Assembly: GCA_948678575.1 (NCBI GenBank)
Contig: CAPPGO010000001.1
Location: 195,951-259,950, forward strand
DNA length: 64,000 nt
From: an uncultured Clostridia bacterium
Lineage (GTDB): Bacteria > Bacillota > Clostridia > TANB77 > CAG-508
Direction: 5' to 3'
Position numbers and translations under genes: made by a program. The notes beneath the pieces were generated by a model that worked only from the letters and a program-made list of their open reading frames with translations, was not told where the DNA came from and made no database searches. Positions 41,501-49,700 of this stretch are shown piece by piece (position 1 is the stretch's first letter; each line of letters opens with the position of its first letter).

Positions 41501-44500
41501 ACAACAAATGTTATTAAAATATCCATGCTTTCGCCTTCTGCTAACATAAATTCACTAGCTTTAATTCCTTGACCTGTAAGAACATTAGTACTTGTATTTT
41601 CTACTGCTGGTCTTATGTATAAAGTATCATACAATTTCATCCCACCATCTTGTAATGTTCTTTCAGCATTATATGCTGATTCTTTTGTTAATGTAACTGG
41701 TTTTTCTTGACCATTACCCATTACAGCTTTTGCAGATAACACTTTAATTTCTTTATTTACTAAATAATCATGTGCATCTTTTTCTTTAACATTAAATCCT
41801 CTGATGCTTCCATCATTGTTAAATGTTAAATCTACAAAGTCTGTGTCATAATATTCAACGATTTCATTAATGCCTGTATAAACTTTTATGTCTTTTCCTT
41901 CTGATTTATGTGGTTCGTCATCTGTAATACTGTTATTTGTAACTTTAATTCTGAAAGTTATTTCAGTATTAAGTTCACTTTCTCTACCAACAGAGTTATC
42001 TAACAATATACTTGCTCCACCATCTACTGCATTAGCATTAAAGTCTCTATCTGGTGATCCTTTATATGCTCTTACAGTGTCTATATGGTATTGAGAAATT
42101 CTATAATTATAATCTTCTAAATAATATTCAAAAGAATATAATTTTCTGTTGCTTTCAATTCCAGATGTATCATCTTTGTAGCCTGTCATATAGAATTCAC
42201 TATTATACTCATCTGTTGAATGTTCCTTATCAATTGCTTTTGCTGCATTTCTGCTTTCATCAGCAAATACTTCACCTACTTTTGATGTAAATTTATTTTG
42301 GTTATATTCATAAGTCATTTCTTCACCGTTTATTGTTGTTTTCAACTCATAAACGTCTTGTGTAATGTCTAAATCTACATCTTCTCTTTCCTCTAAACCT
42401 AAGTTAATGTATTTTAAGTATTCTGTTTCTGGTTTATAATCAGAGCTTGTTTGTTTTAATAACCATAATAATTTTGTATTTGCAATACTTGAATTTGAAG
42501 GTACATTTATAAAGCTTCGTGCTGTAATTTTTCTATCTTTGTTTACTCTAATGTATGATTCATGATTTGATTTTTCATATTCTAATGCATTTTCCTCTGT
42601 TAAATCACCATTATACGCTTTATTAAATGCTACAATTTCATAATGTTTGTTGAATTCTTCTCTTACGTCTGTAAATTCGTAAGCATTTGAATCACGTTTA
42701 TATTTGTCATCAATTTCACCTTCAACACCTATGTTTTTATTATCTGAATAGATTTCAGTAGATTTATATACTAATCCATCATATTCATATTCAACATAGT
42801 AATTGATTAATTCACTTAATTCTGTATAATTTTTATTTGGATCTTTATTTGTTGCCTTATCAACTCTTTGTTCACTTTCTGTTACTCCGCTTCCATCAGC
42901 TTTGTATGCTCCTGCATAATATGTAGAGCCATCTTCTAATCTACTGAATGTAAATAATCCATTGCCATCTGTTTTTGTTGTTCTTACTAGTGTGCCATCA
43001 TCTTTGTATAATTTTACAACTATACCTTTCATAGCAAATTCTTTACCTGTTGTATCGTCTATATGTGTACTTGGATTTGTTTCAACATCGATAGCATTTC
43101 CATTAACTTCAAGATTTCCGTTTCCGTTTTGTCCCATATATCCGTCTTTATCTCTATCTAGCCATACTTTACCAGCAATTACTAAATCTTTAAGTTTTAC
43201 ATATTCTTTTGATACTTGTTGATCTGCTATATTTTCGTTATATTCATCATTTTTAACTTCTCTTGTAAATTCATCATGGTTAATATCAGTTAAAGTTCTT
43301 ATTGTTCCTGTATTTTCTAAGCTATATAAGTACATATTTGTTTTTGTAACTTTTACTGTTATTTCATAAATGATGTAATCTGTTGGGTCTAATATTAAGC
43401 ATTCGCTTCCATATTTATTACCCATTTCAAATGTATGTGTATTATTTCCAATGTCCTCATGTGTTACAGGTACATTTGCAAATTTAACACTACCATCTGC
43501 TTTATATACATTAACTGCAACGCCTTGATATTCTAATCCTGCGTCCATAGCATCTTGTATTTTTGTAGGTCTTACCTGTGTTGCTCTCTTAATAGCTGAT
43601 GTCATTGAACCACCAACTGTTTTTGCATCATTTGTTAATCTTATAGAATAGATTATTGTCTCATTTTTCTCTGCTTGTAATGGTGCATTTTTCTTTTGTT
43701 CTTCTGTCATTTCATATCTGTCTGAAAGTGTATTTGTTTCATTTGTAAAGTCATTACTGTTATTGAAGTCTGTCATTTCGTGTTTATAATCACTAATGTA
43801 TTTATCAAGTGTTAATTCATAATCATTGATTATATAGAAATCGCTTGTTATTAAATTATCACCTGGTGCATTATTTTTAATTACACAATACTTGTCATTT
43901 ACATTACTTGATTTTCCTGGACCTCTATTTATGTTTTTAATCTTTTTATCAAGTTTTGCATTGTTTTCTTCTATTACACCTTTTTGATGTTCTTCAACAA
44001 CTAATGTTATTGTTATTGTTCTTGTGCCTCCTGCTGGAATCATTAAATTATCTATTTTAATTTTTCCACCACTCATACTTGCCTCGGGAGCACTAATAGT
44101 ATGAGAATCATTACCAGTTATACCAGTATTTTCTACTTCTATTTTCAATCTTGAAAATTTATTTGGTAATTTATCTTCTATATTTACATAAACTTTATCT
44201 GGTTCCCAATATGGTTTTCCATCTCTTGTTGAACCTTGAATATCGAATCTACTTCCCGTAGAATCCATTGTATTATATGCAATAATCTTGTACGTAACTA
44301 CATCTCCATATTCTGCATAAACTGGATTTGCTTTTTTCTGAGCTTCTGTTGTTCCATTTTTTGCAGATCTTTCATCTGATGCTGGCATTGTTGTGTCTAA
44401 ACTTGTTGGAACAATATGTTCTTTATCATGCTCAACATCATAAATGTATTTTTCAAAACCTACATTAAATTCTTTTATTTCATAAGTGTCTGAATCCCAA

Positions 44501-46746
44501 TCTCTCAATTCTTTTGGATTAGTTGAATCATTTTTATCGCCTCTTACATTTACCATATTACCCATTGAATGAGCTCCATGTGTAGCTTCATGATCCCAAA
44601 CACTATATTTCATATGTTCTGTTGTATCATTTCTAGTTAAAAATGCAATTATATTTGTATATATACCTTGATCTTTAACTGGTCTTACTTTGATTTCATA
44701 TTTTATCTCACTATGTGCATTTACTGTTATAGCTGAGCTATTTCTTATAGATGCATCAATTTGAGTAACTGTACAAGTATTTTTATCTATTACAGTTCTA
44801 GTAACTTGTGTTATTCCAGCACCTATGTCTCCTGGTAACACGTCTCCAACTTTTACAACTGTTGGAAATCTAGAATCATTTTTCAATTCTATTGTAAAAG
44901 TAACTTCGTCTCCTCTTTCAACTTTAACTGAATTGTTATATTTATCTCGCATTGCATCTTCACGCAATTTATCGCCTTCCATATCACGTCTTTCAGTTCC
45001 ACCATTATATAAGTTTATTGCTTCTCCTACATGGTCTACATTTGAAATATACTTATAAATTGACATTTGTGTTTTCATTGGTACTGAAACTCTAATTTTA
45101 TAAGTTCTAAGTTCGTTACTTAATATACCTCCACCAGCGAAACCATCTTGTGCAGCATCTGCACCACTTGTTGGATTTTCCCAAGTGAATTTCCAACAAT
45201 CTTTATGTCCATGTCTACATAGATAATCAACAGTATGTGTAGTACTATGAAATGTACCATGATGGTGTACAGTATATGTATATGTGTATGTACTTCCATC
45301 TGCATTAGTTCCTGTTCCTGTTTCTGTTGTATCCCAACATCCAGAATACCAAGTATGTGTACAAGTTCCATGATATGGTGCACTTGTAGTACCTGGTGAT
45401 GTATTTGCTGAACATCCTGATGCTGGACTTGGACAAGAATAAGATGTACATCCTCTTTGATTACTTTTTTCTTTCCAACTTAATCTATATTGATATCCTC
45501 TATATACAGTACCATTAGCTGATACGTGAATTCTTTGATATGTAAATATAATATCTAATAATTCATCATAACCTTTTACTTCACCTTCACTAAATTGAAT
45601 GTTAAAGTTCAAGTCTGGTTCTATATCTTTTTGTCCTCCACCATTTGCACCAACAAGTTTTTTTGTAATATCAATTGTTTTTTCTGCACCAGATTCATTT
45701 GTAAGTACAGCTTCTACTTTGATAATATCTCCTTTTAAATCATCTGCTGTTCCAAATATATCTTGTAAAGTTGCAGTATCATAAGATGCTGATGAACCAT
45801 CATCTCCTGCGACCTCATGATCATCATCTCCACCTGGTTCTCCAATTGATGAACCATCTACATTAACTCTTGGACAATCATAATCTTTTGCTCTAACATA
45901 ATGACTCATTTGAAATGGTCCTACAATTAAATTACCTCCTGATAATGTTGTACCAACATTATCAGCTGGAATAACGTCTATTTTTGGATCTTCTGATTCT
46001 TGGTGATATTTATAATATTGCTCACCTTGATATTTTAATTTATTAGTTGCTGAACCTCCTAAGTTAATCCAACTATCCCATACTGCTGATTGTAAAGGAT
46101 CTGATGAATAAGAACCTCTTGTATATAAGTTATTTGGTCCACCTGATTTATAGCATGCAAGCAAAAATGCAAGTGATGCCCTTTCTTCTCCTTCTTCACA
46201 ATTAAATGCAATATCTTGTGATGTATAATACCAGTTTGTATATACTGTATCTGTTGGATTCTCCGTTTTTTCTCTATGACCTTGATAAACTTTTGATGAA
46301 GTTTTTAAAGCTGGATTTGCATAATAGTCTGCACTTGTATCTAAATCTGCTGTCATACTTGTTGCATAAGTACTTAAATTTCCTTTTGAGTAATTCCATT
46401 TATTTTTAGTAACTGTATATGTACCAGGATCATGATATCCATTACCTAATACATTATTCTTTTTTCCACCATATTCTACACCATGTTGCGCACAGAAATA
46501 ATCTTTATTAGAATTAAATACATATTTATCAATAGGAAATCTTCCTATTCTTGTATATGGTGCTGTCTGTGGTGTAAATGCCTTTTTAACTTGCATTTCA
46601 ATTGATTTTCCACCTACTAATGTAGTTTCTGGTTCTTGTTTTTTATCAAAAAGGGCATATGATTCATTAGATAATAATATAATTCCATATAAGGAAGTAG
46701 AAATTATGATACTAGCTAACAAAATACTTATTATAAATTTTTTCAT
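38578..46746 (-). CDS. Giant cell-surface adhesin, B-type (2722 aa), paralog of 26187..33056: putative thioester-like N-terminal domain, large Cys/His-rich insert, Cna-B-like and SdrD-B-like domains, TPPTGLN motif plus TM and KRRIK tail
   Basis: It has a signal peptide and the conserved YFCAQHGVEYGG...DPLQSAVWDSW motifs. The Cys/His-rich block is RGCTSYSCPSPASGCS...HGTCTHTWYSGCW...VHHHGTFHSTTHTVDYLCRHGHKDCW. SdrD-B-like domains are present (GKVWLDRDKDGYMGQNGNG..., GYVWDDARSETATDEDG...GEYIVRFTYGD). The C-terminus is LTPPTGLNRINR...VVVIIVVALACVAVTVGITLY + HKRRIK. A strong RBS AAGGAGGAG precedes the ATG. Confidence 0.7.
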   Translation of the reverse strand: MKKFIISILLASIIISTSLYGIILLSNESYALFDKKQEPETTLVGGKSIEMQVKKAFTPQTAPYTRIGRFPIDKYVFNSNKDYFCAQHGVEYGGKKNNVLGNGYHDPGTYTVTKNKWNYSKGNLSTYATSMTADLDTSADYYANPALKTSSKVYQGHREKTENPTDTVYTNWYYTSQDIAFNCEEGEERASLAFLLACYKSGGPNNLYTRGSYSSDPLQSAVWDSWINLGGSATNKLKYQGEQYYKYHQESEDPKIDVIPADNVGTTLSGGNLIVGPFQMSHYVRAKDYDCPRVNVDGSSIGEPGGDDDHEVAGDDGSSASYDTATLQDIFGTADDLKGDIIKVEAVLTNESGAEKTIDITKKLVGANGGGQKDIEPDLNFNIQFSEGEVKGYDELLDIIFTYQRIHVSANGTVYRGYQYRLSWKEKSNQRGCTSYSCPSPASGCSANTSPGTTSAPYHGTCTHTWYSGCWDTTETGTGTNADGSTYTYTYTVHHHGTFHSTTHTVDYLCRHGHKDCWKFTWENPTSGADAAQDGFAGGGILSNELRTYKIRVSVPMKTQMSIYKYISNVDHVGEAINLYNGGTERRDMEGDKLREDAMRDKYNNSVKVERGDEVTFTIELKNDSRFPTVVKVGDVLPGDIGAGITQVTRTVIDKNTCTVTQIDASIRNSSAITVNAHSEIKYEIKVRPVKDQGIYTNIIAFLTRNDTTEHMKYSVWDHEATHGAHSMGNMVNVRGDKNDSTNPKELRDWDSDTYEIKEFNVGFEKYIYDVEHDKEHIVPTSLDTTMPASDERSAKNGTTEAQKKANPVYAEYGDVVTYKIIAYNTMDSTGSRFDIQGSTRDGKPYWEPDKVYVNIEDKLPNKFSRLKIEVENTGITGNDSHTISAPEASMSGGKIKIDNLMIPAGGTRTITITLVVEEHQKGVIEENNAKLDKKIKNINRGPGKSSNVNDKYCVIKNNAPGDNLITSDFYIINDYELTLDKYISDYKHEMTDFNNSNDFTNETNTLSDRYEMTEEQKKNAPLQAEKNETIIYSIRLTNDAKTVGGSMTSAIKRATQVRPTKIQDAMDAGLEYQGVAVNVYKADGSVKFANVPVTHEDIGNNTHTFEMGNKYGSECLILDPTDYIIYEITVKVTKTNMYLYSLENTGTIRTLTDINHDEFTREVKNDEYNENIADQQVSKEYVKLKDLVIAGKVWLDRDKDGYMGQNGNGNLEVNGNAIDVETNPSTHIDDTTGKEFAMKGIVVKLYKDDGTLVRTTKTDGNGLFTFSRLEDGSTYYAGAYKADGSGVTESEQRVDKATNKDPNKNYTELSELINYYVEYEYDGLVYKSTEIYSDNKNIGVEGEIDDKYKRDSNAYEFTDVREEFNKHYEIVAFNKAYNGDLTEENALEYEKSNHESYIRVNKDRKITARSFINVPSNSSIANTKLLWLLKQTSSDYKPETEYLKYINLGLEEREDVDLDITQDVYELKTTINGEEMTYEYNQNKFTSKVGEVFADESRNAAKAIDKEHSTDEYNSEFYMTGYKDDTSGIESNRKLYSFEYYLEDYNYRISQYHIDTVRAYKGSPDRDFNANAVDGGASILLDNSVGRESELNTEITFRIKVTNNSITDDEPHKSEGKDIKVYTGINEIVEYYDTDFVDLTFNNDGSIRGFNVKEKDAHDYLVNKEIKVLSAKAVMGNGQEKPVTLTKESAYNAERTLQDGGMKLYDTLYIRPAVENTSTNVLTGQGIKASEFMLAEGESMDILITFVVEKELENPDIKEIETILGIKENVAEISSYSTYYKDGENYKSASLIDKDSNPNNFGETYESVSNVDSSEYLKFFEDDTFKTGILLKVPSPPPPDTPPPQGEDPEYKYKYNVQRTLKGYVWDDARSETATDEDGTQYIGNGKYGDGVSALEDARKNKAFEQSDGSNKEENDFSAKDVKAQLIEVIKMPDPENAGVERVYEDTIYVNGETGEDASVMKTRTAADGTYMFNGYIPGEYIVRFTYGDKEADEDINALSEERFIFNGQDYKSTTYQPNESVYAENAQANGDKTPGDVKLEILEKAGQSDAKDDEIRRLEVIGYSETVTNQKNEILKGKYSSDKIALLGQTYMNSETTDFLVRTEKEIRKVTILTYKEYNKKVTETITEARFNIANIDFGLQYRPEQQLALNKYISNITILTSDTNNANSSEPLVDAIFDEYYGVVRNTDFVTGATTFITDAEGNTIKVDPNGSNSDIENAVATGGGNIGEAQKNNDGTYVIAVAGTELNVNKSVGLQNVQYLPNEYEKDSNGMQALEEYPRGSGKYLVKATQGFAYIVLDDNILQGATIKVKYLFTGTNISEVDRVSSNLSDLRFKENTETEKYAKLGGTQNQVYDEVTYQVSDINNKPTFINHNYSPALTARNAMFSEYYRYELEGGNIKKDLTNKDILYRVKVKDLLANNDKVVEIADIQKAPNAGNPHSGTTGYYGRYLGSTYYTGKINDAMEVIAELKIDKILDYVDNDLVFNNDENRGENNLWKTTTTKELYDANMLNKFTYTYYDSNGKPVTDNTTTEDYKLVDADGRAYDTAERSNLALSLDDRVRDDLPADQDTTVNKKFSRFLFPRYADSNESIGIISLATSKVLSPEDKTDDMTYENIAEIIQYSSVTGRVTNLATTIGNAKIEEISNESPEFHEGRTESDTASVEKVTLTPPTGLNRINRVVRDVVKGASYTVVVIIVVALACVAVTVGITLYHKRRIK

Positions 46747-46759
46747 AAACTTCTCCTCC

Positions 46760-49700
46760 TTACTTATAGAATTTTTTTAAACTAATTTTTTTATTTTTTG
46801 CTTTATACACTTTATCAAAATGTATATCTATTGGTAATTTTTGATTATATCCAAGTCCTGCAAGAACTCCTATTATGAATATAATAATTATTACATTTCT
46901 TAATGTTCTACCTGTTGACACTGTGATGATTGTATTTTGAACACTAATATTATTATCTGCTTTTTCTGATTCCGCTGAATTAGATAAAGCTTTTAGTATT
47001 TCTACTTTATTAGAAATTGTACCCGTATTTTCATTTGTCATTGTCTTTGTTAAGTTTATCTTGTACTCTTTCTTTTGTCCTGGATTTAAAGTTGTTTGAT
47101 TTATATTTTTCATATAAATATATCCATCATTTCCTTTATACCAGTCTTTATTTTGATTTTCATCAAATTCGATATCTGTACCAATGTAATCCACTACTTG
47201 CTCAGCATATCCTTCTAAACTACCTTTATTTTCTAATGTAATTGTATATTCTAATTCTACCTTAGCACCTTTTAATTGCTTTGAATGAATGTCTATTTTT
47301 GCTAAATCTACATTATTGTAATTATATTCTTTTGTACCTTTTTTAGTTGTTACTTTTGCTTTACTTAAATATTTAGTAATTTGTAAATCAAAAGTATCTC
47401 TACTTTGTAAACCAATATCAATATTTTCAATATTAGCATTTTCTACTGTTATTGTATTTGAAATTGCATTCATATCATCTGCATTACTTTCAATAACATC
47501 AGAATTTCTATCTTCTCCAACATCTGCTTTCTTATAAATTGTAGTTGTGTATAATTTATTATCATAAACAAATGCTACAATGTATTTTCCATTTTCTACA
47601 TCGTTAAAAATATATCCACCATTGCTATCTGTTGTTGTAGATTTAAGCATAGAGTGTCCAACCGTTAATAAATATACTTTTATTGAAGCTAAAGCTTTTT
47701 CATCATCTTCTCTTGCTCCATTCTTATTTGTATCTAACCATGCTCTACCTTTTATACTATATTTTTGAACTTCTACTGGCTCACTTGGATTATTATTTTC
47801 TTCTGGTTGTGTAGGCGTATTTGGTTCATTTGGTGTTAAATTGTTATTATTATTGCTATTATTGTTATTATTGTTACTATTATCTGGGTTTTGATTTACA
47901 TTGTCATTATCATTATTTGTATTATTATCATTATTGGCATTATCTTCTTGCTCTTGTCGTTTTTGTTCTTCTTCATATTCTTTATTTAAGTTATCAATTC
48001 TATCTTGCTCTTTTTCTTCTTCTGTTTTCTCTGTATTCAATACTGTAAATTCAAAAGGATCTATATTTATATCTTCTTGATTATCTGCTGTTATTTTTCT
48101 GTTTAATATAACTTTAATAGTATCGATTCCAGACATGTTTTTAGCTTTTAATGTCATATCAACAGTCATGCTTTCATTTGCTTTTATAATTGGTAACTTG
48201 GCATCTATTTTTCCTGTTCCATCTCCTGTTGATAAAGTACTTCCATTAGAACATTTTATTTCTCTAACATCCATGTTATTTGGAACATCACATTGGAATT
48301 TACCACTAGTTACATTAGTTAATCCCATATTTGTTATTGTTGTTGAAATAACAATAGTTTCATTTTCTTTAATTTGTGACAATTTATTTACTGTGCTGTC
48401 TTTTGCATCAATCATTCCTCTAATTACACTTTGATTTACAGGTGTACTATACTCATAATTTGCCATATCCTCTGATTTTATTTGGAATTGACAATTATAT
48501 TCTTCTTTTGATTTACTAATTTTTTTTGCAATTACTTCTGTTGTTATAACAGTTGTTTCACCCTTTTTCATTTCTGGTATTTTAAAATATATTTTTCCAT
48601 CATTTGGACTAAATGTAATATCTCCATCTGCTCCATTAATTTTTCCTGATGAAAATTCATAAACTTTTCCTACATTGAAAATTGCTTCAACATTTTTTAA
48701 ATCTCTATTAGAAATATTTTGTACATTTAATGTAAAGTTTGTTGGTGTACCTGGTTCTAAAACTCTATCATAATCCAAAGTTATATTTGTATCAAAATTT
48801 GCATATTGCAACTTATTTTTTATTTCATTTGTTTCTATACTATTTGCTAACGTATCACTAGTAACAGTTGCTTTATTTGTTATGTATATATCAGGAACTT
48901 CTGTTATATATTTTTTCTCAAATATTGGTTCTTGAATTATTACTTTTTCTTCGTTTTCATATTTTGTATTCTCATCACCAGATTGTGGTGGTACTTCTAC
49001 ATCTTTATATCCAACAACTTCTTCTATATAATATCCATTTTCGTCTTTTCCTGTTGCATAAGATTCAAGAGTAGGTTTTCTATTTGTTCTTACATAATAA
49101 TCAAATGTTTTTGTTTCTCCTGCTTTTAATACAGGAATATTAAATTCCATTTCTTTTTTAGTAGAATCCAATACAAAACTATAATCACCAACATAACATC
49201 TACCATCTTTTACTGTATATGTTGTGTATTCTGGAATTGGTGCTTTTACATTAATATTTTGTATATCAATACTTCCACTATTTACAACTGTTACTGTATA
49301 TTTCATTCTTTTTTCAGATAAAATATCAGCTCCATCTCCAATGTCTACACTTAGATTTGCTTCGATTTTTGGTCCAGCTTCTGTTACTAAACCTACTAAA
49401 TCTGCTTTTGTACTTTCATATACAACTGCTAAATCTGTATGATTATTATAATATGCTCCAAATGAACCATACATTTCTACTTCATAAGGTAAGTTAGCTG
49501 GTATTTGGAAATTATAACTAAACTTAAATAATGTTCCAGCTTTAACTGTACTAGTTGGTACAATTAAATAAGATTTTACTTGACTCATATCTTCTGGTGT
49601 TTTTGTCCAACCATTTGCGCCATTACTTAAAGATATATCAGCTTTTGGATTATATGAATAATATATATCGCATCCAATTGGATTAATATCTGATTGAAGA

